This document shows, piece by piece, positions 36,701 through 49,289 of a DNA stretch of 64,000 nt. The stretch is taken from positions 910,200 to 974,199 of the forward strand of contig NW_026867467.1 in assembly GCF_020745735.1 (NCBI RefSeq), read 5' to 3'. This DNA is from Hemiscyllium ocellatum. Its lineage: Eukaryota. The notes under the pieces were generated by a model. The model was not told the DNA's origin. It ran no database searches and was given only the letters and a program-made list of their open reading frames with translations. A program made the position numbers and the translations under genes. Position 1 is the first letter of the stretch. Each line of letters opens with the position of its first letter.

Positions 36701-38089
36701 CTGCTTGGGTTGGTGTGACAGGAAGAAACTGAGGGCTTCGAGGCCTCCATCATGGTGTTTGGATGTGTACAGGGCCTGGACATTCTGTTCATTCTGGGGC
36801 TTATCAATAGCTTGCAGTTATTATGGAACTGCAAGGGCAGTGGCTGGGAACTCGGAGAAACCAATGGTTCAGTCTTCTGCTTGAAGCAAATTTTGACCAG
36901 AACATTTAAACACCACAAAGCTCACTGTAGGAAATGCCAGTGCTGCAACTTTTAATAATATTTGAAACTTGGTTAAAAATAGGGATTTTTAGTTATAGTT
37001 TCTGAAATAATCAAGACAAGAATTAACTGTTAGAACAAGCTCTATCAAAGAGAGAAGATTTGCAAAGTTTGAAACCACACAGTGCTGTGGTTTATTTGAA
37101 TTCAATGTTGGTCAGATTTAGATACAGCCAAGGTGATCTCTCCATATATTGATTCTGTTAATCGGACACACCAACATACCTGTCTGTACTAAACTGTATT
37201 ATTTGTTTAGTTGATCAAAATTTAGGAAATAGATCAAACAGAATGTATTCGGCTGGGAAGGTGATGGATACAGAAGACAGAATCAAAAGCTGGGAACATT
37301 AAATCTGAAGAGAGAGTAACAAGTAGTACACGATCAAAGACATGAAAAGGTGCATGTCAATGTGTTCCAGACATTAGTGAATCGAATGAGCTTGTTAGGT
37401 AGTCGAGAGACTCGTCCAACGACATCCTGGAATCAGACCGTGAAATAGAGATCGAAAGGTCGATTTGCAAATGTCACTTCAATGTGATCACTTCACACTC
37501 TGTGTCCTGATCTAGGCCACATTGGCAGGTGTTTCTGCCAGATTGTATCCCCTGGGTTTATTTTCTGATCAGAAGTGAGATGTGTGGCTTGCTGCTGGCA
37601 CATAGAAACAGGAAGTTGCGCGCCAGCTGAGAATGATACACCAGGCGCTACTTTCCGTATTATCAGCACAGACAGTCTTCCTACCTCTGAGGGTGAACAC
37701 ACTGACAGTGTCAAGAACAAACAGACAGTTTGCTGTTGGTCTCAACATTGTATTCAATTCCATTCCCATTTTCCAGAATGAAGCAGAAGAGATTATTTCA
37801 GCTAGAGTAAATTATCTGTCAGAGAGATAAGAAGAGATATCATCGGGTGAAAGGAGCGAAATGACAATATGTAGTTTCGCTCATAAACCTATGTTTAAGA
37901 GTAGAAAGCTTGAGGGAAGGTAATAAATAAATCTAAGAGACAGCATTCATTAAAAGTTGGAATTGTAAGGTTTAAGCAATAAAATTCAGCAGGGCTTTGG
38001 TGGAAGTGAGACCATCTGGGAAGTGGTTGATTCTGTTTTCCGCAGAGGCAATGAGATGTGCCATCGGGTGTAAAAAGTGGATGTGATGC

Positions 38090-38560
38090 TTCTTGACTTC
38101 AATCAGGTTTTTGACCAGATCTTGCATCTTCAATATACTAAGGGTTCATGGGATCTGGTGCAGTTTGGCAAATGCATCGAAGGTTTATTTGTTGGCAGAA
38201 GGTAATGGTCGAAGGTAGTCATTGTGAAGACATCTTGTGTCCAGTGGCTTACTATACGACTTGGTGATGGATCCTTTGCTGTTTGCAGCGTATATAAACG
38301 ATCTAGTCAAGAATGTAGCAATTTTGATCAGTAAGTTCAAAGATGAGGTGAAAAACGTTTGGTTTTGCAATTAATGAGGAGGAAAGCCAGTGTGACATCG
38401 ATGACCTTGCCTGTTGGAGAGAAGAATTGAAAACAGAACATTATATCCTAAAGTCTGTGAAGTAAAGCATTTTCAAGACTAACAAATGAAGTGAATATAC
38501 GATGCATTGTTGGAATCTACAAATACAATGGATAAGCGATCTTCTGTTGTGCATATCCAC
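38090..38560 (+). mobile_element. Degraded CR1 RT fragment
   Basis: DF..AFD and P.LF..YINDL remnants. Confidence 0.5.
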
Positions 38561-39246
38561 ATCATGGAGTGTGGGTTGGAGTTATAGTCTGGAGATATTG
38601 TGGCTAGACCATTACTTTAGGAAACTGGGGTCTGAGCCTGCAGTGCTGCCACATCAAGTCATGAACTAAAGTTGATAATTAAACAACTCATTGAAAGAAT
38701 AAGCTCCACAGATATCCCCTTGCTCTGCTTTGGAGAGCACAACACATCAGCGCAAAAGTTAAGGTTGAAGCATTCACAGCAATCGTCAGCCAGAAGTGCC
38801 AATTGTCTGATCCATCTCGGCATCTTCTATAGATCACCAATATTACAGATACCTGTCTTCAGGGAATTCGCTTCTCTCCATGTGAAATCAAGGCACTGTT
38901 GGGCGGGGGGCACTGGTTACTGCAAATGCTATGGAGCCTGACAAAATTCTGGCAATAATACTGCTGACTTGTGCTAGCCAAGCACTCCGAGTACAGCTAC
39001 AATACTGGCATGGACAATGTGGAAAATAGGCCAGGCATGTCCTGTGCACAGAAAATAGGTCAAACCACCGTGGCGAATTACTGCTCCATCAGTCCATGCT
39101 CAATCATGAGTTAGGTGTAGGAAGGTGCTTTCAACAGTGCTATCAAGCAGCACTAGCTCAGTAATAACCTGCTCAGTGACATAAAATGTGGGTTACGCAA
39201 GGCCTACTCAGCTCATGACTGAATTACAGACTTGATTTAAACATGG

Positions 39247-39470
39247 CTTAAAAATGTGTTGCTGGAAAAGCGCAGCAGGTCAGGCAGCATCAAAGGAGCA
39301 GGAGAATCGACGTTTTGTGCATAAGCTCTTCTGAAGCCTGATTCCTGAAGAAGGGCTTATGCCCGAAACTTTGATTCTCCTGCTCCTTTGATGCTGCCTG
39401 ACCTGCTGCGCTTTTCCAGCAACACATTTTTAAGCTCTGATCTCCAGCATCTGCGGTCCTCACTTTCTCC
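39247..39470 (+). mobile_element. Fold-back PLE-derived mini-element, hammerhead family 1 (cleavage triplet mutated)
   Basis: Arms about 39247-39330 and 39350-39434; ATTC-CTGAAGA-A-GGGCTTATGCCC-GAAAC-TTT; exact 15-bp TSD TTGATTTAAACATGG at 39232-39246 and 39474-39488. Confidence 0.9.
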
Positions 39471-40305
39471 GAGTTGATTTAAACATGGACAAAGAACTGA
39501 ATTCCAGAAATGAGGGAAGAGTGACAGCCCTTCACATTAAGGTCACATTTGACAGAGTGTGATATTATGGAGTCCTAGCAAAACTGGATTCAATGGGTAT
39601 CAGGTGACAACCTCCCTGCTGCCTGCAGTCAGACCTCACACATTGGAAGGTGGCTCTGCTTGTTAGAGGGCAGTCGTCTCAGCCAAAGCAAATCTCTGTT
39701 GGAGTTCCTAAAGAAAGTGTCCTTGGCCCAATCATGTTCAGCTGCTTCAGCAATGACTTTCCCTCCCTCAGAAGGTCAGAAGTGAAATCTGCATTGATCT
39801 CGCATTTTTTTTGTGACTGCTCAGTCCACATTCAAACGCAACAAAATCTGGACAATTTCCAGACTTGAGCTGACAAGTGGCAAATAGCATTCACACCACA
39901 AACCTGCGAGACAATGACCATTGACAATAAGAGACAATCTAACCAAAACCCCTTGACATTCAATAGTGTTACCATCACGGAATCCCTCACCATCGACATC
40001 CTGGGTTTTATTGTTCATTAGAAATTGAGCTGGACACTCCATATAAATACAGTGGTTGTAAGAGCAGGCCAGAGGCTAGGAATACTGCAGCGAGTAACTC
40101 ACCCTCCTGACTTGCAAAGCCAACTGACTGTCTAAGAGACAGAAGTCAGGAGGGTAATAGCACAGCTCGCCCTTTGACTGGACAGGAGCACCTTCAACTG
40201 CACTCAAGAAGCTAGGCATTGTCCAGGACAAAGCATCCCACTTGATCAGCAGCACATCCACAAGCGTCCATTGCCTCCAAATCTGATGCTTAGTACCTGC
40301 CATTT

Positions 40306-40397
40306 GCTGAAAAATGTGTTGCTAGAAAAGCGCAGCAGGTCAGGCAGCATCCAAGGAGCAGGAGAATCGATGTTTCGGGCATAAGCCCTTCTTCAGG
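40306..40397 (-). mobile_element. Single-arm PLE pseudo-LTR fragment with hammerhead core
   Basis: CTGAAGA-A-GGGCTTATGCCC-GAAAC-ATC-GATT on the minus strand; flanked by TACCTGCC at 40294-40301 and 40400-40407. Confidence 0.75.
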
Positions 40398-41046
40398 CAT
40401 ACCTGCCGTATGCACTATCTAAAATACTGCACTGCAGTAACTTAGCCACTTCCTTACACAGTACCTTCCCACTACCACTTGCATCTCGATGGATAAGAAC
40501 AGCAGATACATGGGAACAGCACCATTGTAAACTCCTCTCTAAACTACTCAGCATCCTGACATGGAAATATATCATCGATCTTTTACTGTAACTGGGTCAA
40601 AATCTGGAATTCCCTTCCTCAGGTCATTTTGGAACATGTTATTTCAGAAAGGCAGCTTTCTGCCATCTTCTGAAGGACACCTACCAACAACTAAAAGCAA
40701 CCACCGTGTTCCATGAGTCAATAAAAAAATCATTGAGGCTAACATGACAGTTTGAGAAAGTGGTTAAGGAGGCATTATGAGCATGTAATAAGCAATCAAA
40801 AGGTTTGGAGTAAAGTTCCAGAATCAAACTATACCATAGTAGCTTCAATTAATGAAAGAGTATGAAATGAAACTGCTGAAGTAACGAATGATAATCACAG
40901 ACCTACCAAAGTTTTGAAGCATGTTACATGGTTCAGTATTATCCTTCAGAGGAGGATGTGCGACCTTCCTACCTGGCCTTCCCTACCTGTTCAACAAAAA
41001 GGCGATGGTTCCTTTCCTGTGCCGAACCTGACTAAGAAACCCATCA

Positions 41047-41270
41047 GGAGAAAGTGAGGACTGCAGGTGCTGGAGATCTGAGTTGAGAGTGTAGTGCTGG
41101 AAAAGCACAGCAGGTCAGGCAGCATCCAAGGGGCAGGAGAATCAATGTTCCAGGCATAACAACTACATCAGGTATCTTAATAAAGGCTTTATGCCCAAAA
41201 CGTCGATTCTCCTGCTCCTCGGACGCTGCCTGACCTGCTGTACTTTTCCAGCAACACAGTCTCAACTGAG
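41047..41270 (-). mobile_element. Fold-back PLE-derived mini-element, family 1, degenerate
   Basis: Full arm on the minus strand (GGAGAAAGTGAGGACTGCAG...), shorter inverted arm about 41185-41270; TSD not convincing. Confidence 0.75.
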
Positions 41271-43849
41271 AAGCCATTTGGTTGTAATAAAGCTTCTTAA
41301 GAAAGATCAACCATAATTAGCCGAGCAAGATGGCAGGCCTCAAAAAGGGAGCTGATGACCATCTTCTTGGGATATGTGACTAACGCTTTCATAATTCAGT
41401 GAAGAAGTCAACAAATGCAAATGACGGTGAGTCAGGCTCTTCAGACAGATTTTAGATTGGTGATTGGATGCAATGTGATGTTGCTGTGAACAGCAAGAGA
41501 GTTCTTGCCAGTATTCCGCTCCAATATTTGTTCATGATGTAAAGTGTCAGATTTCTTGCATTTCTGTGCTTTCTGCGCATTTCCAACATTAGGATCACAG
41601 TGATGATATCATGAGACCAGTATTCTCGAACTCCAGTTTGATGTTGAATGGCCAGGGTTTGGAATATCATCGTTTTGCATTTGAGTGAAATTTGAATTTA
41701 AAGAAATCCTGGAATCAGAAAGGAAGGCAAATGATGACCATGTAACCCGAGTCAATGGAAAAATACAAAAACAGCTGGTTCACGAATGACAAGGCATCTG
41801 TCACATCTACATGGTCTGGCCGACATGAGATTCCAGACCCACTGGGAAGTAATTGACTGTGTTCTGAAGTGGCTTTAGCAAGCTATTCAATGGGCAGTTG
41901 GGGATAGGGACTCATTGCTGACCCTTACCATTAAGTAATACGTGTAACGAAACCTCGTAACAACTATATCAATTAAATGTAATTGTTGCGGCAGTTCCTG
42001 TATTTCACGTGAATATTCTAAATTTGCAGAATTTTCAGCACTGAATTGTTAACCTAAATAAAAGTTTTAAATTATTTATCTTTCAGAAATAAATAATATC
42101 TGTTGCAATTCGGCTTCATAAATTTTTATTCACTTCTGCAAATGGTCAACATTCTTAAAATAAACTTGTTTCGATTTGAAACTTACCAACAAATCACTTC
42201 ATTCACCTGGCTTTGCTGCCATCATCACTTCCTTGAAGCCAATTAAGCATTTATGTAAATAAACACAGAAATAGAATTCTCAGAATAGATTACAGAACCA
42301 CAAAACCCTCATTTATATTTCCCTACAAGCACAGCACACGAATTGTGGAAAAAATGCAAATAACTCAATGGATTCCAATACTAATTGATGTTAGGACTTT
42401 TTTATACATAAGTTGTATGATTGTTGAATGACAGAGGTATCAATTGTCATGTTTAGTCAAAAAACTATAATTAAGAGATACATTGGCACAGCTAATATTT
42501 CTGTGTCTCTTTTTCTCTCTTCCCCTCCTGCCTTCCCCCTTTTTTCTTTATCTCTGATGCCTTGTTTTGCCTCTCCACAATCGGACAATGTTTTCCCCAA
42601 TAACATGAAGCCAACACCTCACCAACATTGCCTCTCAGCCAAATTCATCCATTTCTTTCGAGAGATTTGAGTTAGGACAGCAAGATTTTCTCATAAATCT
42701 GTCTGAGCATTGAGTGATCTGGAAACGCTTGATAGGAATGAGGCTGCAAGACTTTACTGTGTTAGTGTTTTCATTGTATCTCTGCACTATTATTCTTGTC
42801 TGAGGAATGTTTAATGGTTCAATGTAATGCATATTTATAATTAACCTTACGCTGCACATCTCATGGAAGGTTTAATATTACAGAGGTCAATTTATTCTGT
42901 ATCACTCTGGGAGGATGTCTTTTAGGGAATCCTGGATGCAGCTCTACTCTGTGTCTAAACGAAAATATATTTGACATGATTGCATTGGACAACACAATAT
43001 AGAGGGAGATTTACCCAGCACATTACATGAGCTGTACAATCACAGAAAACATTTGATGTAGCCGTGTAAAGGGGTTTGAAGTCCTACCCACTGTCTTTCT
43101 GATTTTGAAATGCTTGACACCAGAATAAAAGGGAACAACACTATGCATCGAAACTTTGTTATACAAGTAGACTATCATTTACAGGCACAGACATACGCAC
43201 ACACATAAGCAAATCATCTCTGAACAACCCTTGCAGTGTTTAATGGATGAGTACTGAGAGAGCTTTAATATGCAATGTGTGTGTATTCCATGCAACACAT
43301 GCTGACAGTGTGCTTGATATGGTAGTTTAAATGTAGTTTTGATCTGTCTTTAACCTTTTCTGTGACAGATGTGGTTGTGTTTGACAAATATTTAACAGAA
43401 CTGAAGGACTATAAATGTAGTCACTGCATTAGAGGCAGAATGCAATGCCACCAAACAGTGAGAAAGATGACCCCTGTCTTTTTTCATGATGAGGGGGGAT
43501 TGAAGCAGCTGGGCTTCAAACATGGAGGTTAATTTAGATGAGACCTATATAATTCTGAAAAGACTAACTTAGAGCAAAGGTCAATGAGAGGGAACCAGAA
43601 GCGGTCTGTTCAGCCAATGGGGTTTGGGCTTCCAAACAATGACATCACAGCTGAGCTGATAATCCTCACCTCCATTTTTTCAGCGTTTAACTGTAAGCAT
43701 TGGTTCAATTCCCAAATCAAAACCTGCCCATTTCAGCCTTCAAAATACTGAATGACCCAGCCTCGACAGTGTTCTATGGAAACAAATTCCACAGATTCAC
43801 TACATTCTGGGAGACAAAATTCTGTTCTGCCTGACATTTGTGACCTCTA

Positions 43850-44965
43850 ATTCAGAGAGTTTACTCACTGGCCCGAACCTCTCCCACAAGGGGAAACTAC
43901 ATTTCTGCATTTACACCATCAAGTTTCCTGAAAATAATAGATGTTTCAGAATGTCACCACTGAATCTTCTATGTTCTAATGAGTATAGGCCCAAACGACT
44001 CAGTCTCTACTCTCAAGACAGTCCCTCCATCCTCAGGATCAGTCGACTAAACCTCGTGTGGATTGTCTCACAGTCCAGTGTACCTTTTCTTTGTGAGATG
44101 AGTCCCAAGAACAGTCCACAGTATTCCAGCTGTGGTAAAAATAGAGCTTCTTTTCAGTTTTAACAAACATTATAGTCATACAGATATCAGGCACAGAAAC
44201 AGACCCTTCGGTCCAACTGCACTGCCCAGATATCCCAACCTGACTGAGTACCATTTGCCAAACATTTGGCCTATCTTTCTCTAAATGTTCCCTGTTCATA
44301 CACCCATCCAGGTGCCTTTTAAATGCAGTAATTGAACCCACCTCCACCACTATCACTGGCAACTGTTTCCAGTCACACACGTGAAAAGGTTACCCCTCAG
44401 GTTCTTTTCAAACGTTTCTCCTCTCACCTTAATCTGCTGTCCTCTAGTTTTGGACTCTCCCACTCGAGGAAAAAGGCCTTGGCTATTCACCATATCAATG
44501 CCCTGCATGATTTTATAGGGTCTTGTTCAGGCCACTCCTCAGCCTCCTTTCCTCTCACTGTAGGGAAAAGAAAAGCCCCAGCCTATTCAGCTTCACCTGA
44601 AACCTTAAGCACTCCAGTTCCAGCATCATTCTTGGAAATCTTTTCTACATCCCCTCAAGTTTCACAAAATCCTTCATAGAAATGGTCAGCCAGATTTGTC
44701 TGTAATAATTCTAAACGTGGCCTCACAAATGTTCTGTACAGCTGAGAGATGACATCTCGACTCCTACACTTAATGTTATGACCAATGAAGGAAAGCATGC
44801 CAAACACCTTCTTCCCCACCCTGTCTACCTGCAACTCCACTTTCAAAGAATGATGCATCTGCTCCCTTTGGTTTCTTTGCTCAGCAACACTCCCCAAGGC
44901 CCAGCCATTAATTGTATAAGTCTTGCCCTGGTTTGCCTTACAAAAATGCAGCACCTCACATTTAT
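43850..44965 (-). mobile_element. Two adjacent CR1-type 3' fragments
   Basis: ORF 44655-44954 (...SVAEQRNQ..QMHHSLKVELQVDRV..K.FGMLSFI...QLYRTFVRPRLE) and CR1 UTRs. Confidence 0.75.
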
Positions 44966-44989
44966 TTAATAAAGTTTGGGTTCATGAAA

Positions 44990-46460
44990 GGCAGGTCATG
45001 TTTAACTGATTAATTGGAATTCTTTGAGGTCATAATGAGTGTGGTAGACAATGGGGAACTGGTGAACGTGGTGGATCTGGATTTCCAAATGGCATTCAGC
45101 AAGGTGCTGCACAAAAGAGGCGGCACGGTGGCACAGTGGTTGCACTGCTGCCTCACAGCGACAGGGACCTGGGTTCGATTCCCGCCTCAGGCGACTGACT
45201 GTGTGGGTTTCCTCCGCACAGTCCAAAGATGTGCGGGTCAGGTGAATTGGCATGCTAAATTGCCCATAGTGTTAGGTAAGGGGTATATGTTGGGGTATGG
45301 GTGGGTTTCGCTTCGGCGGGTCAGTGTGGACTTGTTGGGCCGAAGGGCTGTTTCCACACTGTAAGTAATCTAAAAAAAAGGCTGCTGCATAAGATAAAGA
45401 TGCACAGTGTTACAGGCAATGCATTAGCATGGACAGAAAACTGGCTAACTAACAGAATGCAAAACATGGGGATAAATGGGTGTTTTTCTGGTTGGCAATC
45501 AGTGGCGAGTGGTGTGTTTCAGGGATGAGTGTTGGGACTGCAATTGTTTACAATTCAGGTCGATTGCTTCGAGTTAGAGATCCAAGTGTAGTGTGTTGTA
45601 GTTCGCAGAAGGCACTTAAATGAGTGATAGAGCAAAGTGTGCAGGAGGATATAGACAGGTTAAGTGAGTGGGCAAGAGTCTGGCAGATGGAGTACAATGT
45701 TAGTAAACGTGAGGTCATCCATTTTGGGAGGAATAATAACAAACAGAATGCTGCTGTGCAGGGGGACTTGGCTGTTCTTGTGCATGAAACACAAAAGTAT
45801 GGTTTGCAAGTACAGTAGCTAATTAGGAAGACAAATGGAATAGTGTCCTTCATTGGCAGTGGATAGAGTTTAAAATTAGGACTTTCTGCTGCAGCTGTAT
45901 AGGGCGCTGGTGTGACCATGCCTGGAGTACTCTGTACACTTTTCATCACCTTACATGAGATGGCATTGGGGTGGGGTTTGCTGAGGAGGTTGATTATGTT
46001 GATTGTGGAAATGAGGGGGTTGGCTTGTGAGGAGAGATTGAGCAGACTGGGATTATACTCATTGGAATTCAGAACAATGTGGGAGGGGGGTTGTAAAATT
46101 ATAAATGGGATAGATAAGACAGAAGCAGGGAGGCTATTTCCACTGGTGGGTGAAATTAGAATGACGGGGCATAACCTCAAAATAAGGACAACAGATTTAG
46201 GACTGAGTTGAGGATCAACATCTTCACCCAAAGGGTTGTGAAGCTGTGGAATCCCCTGCCTAGTGAAGCAGCTGAGGCCAACCTGTTGAATGGTTTAAAG
46301 GTAAAATAGATTTTTTAACAGTAAAGGAATGGAGGGTTATAGTGAGCGGGTGCGTAAGTGGAATCTTAGTCCATTGAAAGATGATCCATGATGATATTGA
46401 AAGGCAGAGCAGACTCGTGGGGTCAGATGGCCTACTCCTGATCGTATTTCTAATGTTTGG
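44990..46460 (+). mobile_element. CR1-type LINE RT plus 3' end with nested SINE
   Basis: VDVVDLDFQMAFSKVLH|KRLLHKIK...WTENWLTNRMQ..GING.FS.WQSV.SGV.QG; frame continues across the SINE. Confidence 0.88.
45118..45375 (+). mobile_element. V-SINE/HE1-type SINE inserted into CR1 RT
   Basis: GGCGGCACGGTGGCACAGTGG head with B-box GGTTCGATTCC; AAAAG duplication at 45113-45117 and 45376-45380. Confidence 0.9.
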
Positions 46461-46669
46461 ATGTTGTTATGTTCTAACAGGCCTCCAATCCAAAACGTAA
46501 TGCTCTCTGACTACTATGTAAAAACTGAAAGAGCAGTGGATGCTGTGTATCAGAAACAAAAACGGAAACTGCTGGAAATGTTCAGAAGGTCTGGCAGCAT
46601 CTCTGGCGTGAAAGGCTCACCAGTTTATGGTTCCCTGGCTTTTCCACACAACTTTCTTCAATAATGCTG

Positions 46670-48000
46670 CCACATTAGTCACTCTCCAGTCTTCTGGCAT
46701 CTCATCTATGATTATCGATGATACAAATATCTCAGCAAGGGGTCCACGAATCTCTTCCCTAGCTTCCCACAAAGTTCTGAGAAATACCTAATCAGCTCTC
46801 CAGGATTTATTTCCATTTTTTACTTTAAGACCCCCAACACCTCCTCTTCTGTAAGATGAACTCATTTGATCTTTAAGGGCTGTATTCTCTTCTTAGTTAT
46901 TCTTTTAACCTTAAAATAATTTTAGAATCTTTTCGGATTCTCCTTAATTCTATTTGCCATGCAATTTCATGCCCCCTTTTTTCCCTCATGATTTCCTGGT
47001 GAAGTATACTCCGACTGCCCTTACACCCTTCTCAGGATTCACTCAATCCCAGCTGTCTATATCTGATGAATGCCCCCTTCGTTTTCTGGACAGGAGTTGC
47101 AATTTCCCTCATCATTGAGCTTTTCCCATGCCTTGCCCTTCACACAAACAGAAACATACCATCACTGAACTCTCATTGTCTCATTCTTAAAGGCCTCCCA
47201 CTTGTCAGTCGTCCCTTTACCTGTGAATAACCTCCCCCAACCAACTTCTCAAAGTCTTATACCATCAAAACTGGCCACACTCCAATTTGAAACTTTCATT
47301 TTTAAATCAATTCTATCCTTTCTCATCATTATTATCAAACCAATAGAATTATGATCACTTTCCCTGAAGCATGCCCCTACAGACACCTCAGTCACTTGTC
47401 CTGCCTTGATTCCCAACAGAAGGTCAAGTATTGCGAACTGTCCAGTAGGTCCATCCACATATTGAATAACAATATTTTCTTGTACAGACTTAACCAATTT
47501 CTCCACATTCCAAGATCTTAACACTACCCCAAACTCTGGTTGGAAAGTTAAAATTCCCTACCATTATCCTCTTTCCTTACAGATAGCAGAATCGCTTGTA
47601 ATTTTCCCACTGACTATTAGGAGGCCCATTTTACAATCCCAGCAAGGTCATCACCTCTTTCTTATTTTTAAGTTTCATCCATATAACTTCACTGGGCAGT
47701 CTCCAAGAAATATCCTCTCTACATCCAGCTGTAATGTTCTTTCTAACCAAGAACACTCCTCCACCTCCTCTCTTGCTCCTCTGTCTATCCATTCTATAAC
47801 ATCTGTATCCTGGAACATTAAGTTGTCAGTCCTGTTCATCCCTGAGCCACATTTCTGTAATGGTAATGTTATCCTTGTCCCACATTCCCATCTATGCCCT
47901 ATGTTCATCTGTCTCACATGTCAGGCCTCTTCCATCGAAGTAAATGCAGTTTAACGTTCTTACTTTGCTCTTGCCAAACTGTTGTCTGCCTTGACCCCGA
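46670..48000 (-). mobile_element. Degraded CR1 ORF2 (endonuclease/linker)
   Basis: ORF 47249-47524 (QYVDGPTGQFAILDLLLG...GACFRESDHNSI...VASFDGIR). Confidence 0.8.
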
Positions 48001-49289
48001 GAATTGCTCACAGCATCTCACCTCAAACACTTCTCTTTTCTCACTATCTTGTTAGTTCCCACCATCCACCTTACTAATTTAAAACCTTCAGCATACTGCT
48101 AGCAAATTTCCCCACAAGAATATCGGTCCCCTTCCAAGTCAGGTCCCTCTTATATAGGTCATTTCTATCCCTGAAGAGATCCCAGTGATTGAAAAATGGG
48201 AATCCTAACCCCTGCAGCAGTTCCTCAGCTACACATTCGCTGCTCTATCTGACTGTTCCTAATCTCAATATTCCATTAGTTTTTAAACAAACCCCAACAT
48301 GACATTTGCCATCTTTATTGACAGTTGAAATTAAAAGCTAACTTTTTGTGGTTCGGAGATGCAGACTCCCTGTAGATTTCTGAATTCAATCTCTACCTTG
48401 CCTGTTAAAATGCACAAGTTCACTGTTTATGTCTGTTCTCATTTATTTAATCCACATTACATTAATGTGCAAAACTCCTTGTTCACTCCCATCCTATCTG
48501 TATCGCTCCGCAAACTTCTTTTTGTGTCATACTCACCACTTGTCTCCGCTCCAATTTTTGTGTCATTCGCAAACTTGCCTACAATATACTCACTTTCCTC
48601 ATCTAAGTCATCAAAATACTTTGTAAATTTTTTTTGTCCTCCAGAACAGATTTATGTGGTCCTCCATACTTTGACATCCTGTAAAATAAAACACTTAATC
48701 AAACTCTTCGGATTGGGATTTCAAAAATCCTCTCTCCACGTTAATACAGTCCCTCCAAAGCCAAGGCTCCTTTCTTATTCAGTAATCTTATGCATGGGTG
48801 CTATCAAACACCTTCAGAAAATCAAAACATATTACAATCACCGTTTCCTCCATTTTCTCCAAGAATTCCAATATATTTATCAGGCAAGATTTCCATTTTG
48901 TAAAGCCATTCCCAGTTTTCTGCTGGAACATCCTTTTTTAAAGACTCCACCATTTTTTTCAATAAATGATGTTAAACTAAGTAGCCTCAGTCAATCTTTT
49001 GTGTGCCTTAACTTTTTATGAGTGAAGGTGTTGGTTGAAGGATCTACTATCAGCCGTCACTTCCACCTGCTGGAGAAGCACTGTCATCTACTGTGAAAAA
49101 CTCAACAAATTGTGTCTATGTTCATTTACTGAGAAAGCAATTCCACAAATGTTCTAGCTCATCACCTTCTGCTGGTGGTCCCAGATTTTACGAAGCTATT
49201 CATTGAAAGTCGACAAGGCTAATTAACATCAAATCAAGATCAATAATTGAGCAGAAATATCTCAATTCCTGGTCACGTATTTTTGTTCA

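Larger units (their letters stand above)
38960..40520 (+). mobile_element. Degraded CR1/L2-group LINE RT (second family), host to two PLE mini-insertions
   Basis: ALHIKVTFDRV, ISVGVPKESVLGPIMF...NDF RT motifs; interrupted at 39247-39470 and about 40306-40397. Confidence 0.75.

Noticed and set aside
37078-37084. Isolated CACAGTG heptamers (also 41596-41602)
   Set aside because: No nonamer at 12 or 22-23 bp and no adjacent V, D or J coding sequence
41415-42361. Octamer motifs at 41415 and 42354
   Set aside because: A few are expected by chance in 64 kb of AT-rich DNA; far from the promoter, no supporting motifs
45118-45185. tRNA gene-like sequence with A and B boxes (also 61500-61565)
   Set aside because: It is the tRNA-derived head of V-SINEs; no cloverleaf or acceptor stem, followed by SINE body
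45548-46231. 227-aa minus-strand ORF
   Set aside because: Antisense shadow of the CR1 fragment on the + strand
48359-49021. 220-aa plus-strand ORF
   Set aside because: F/L/S-rich composition typical of a chance frame in AT-rich DNA; no recognisable domain or splice structure
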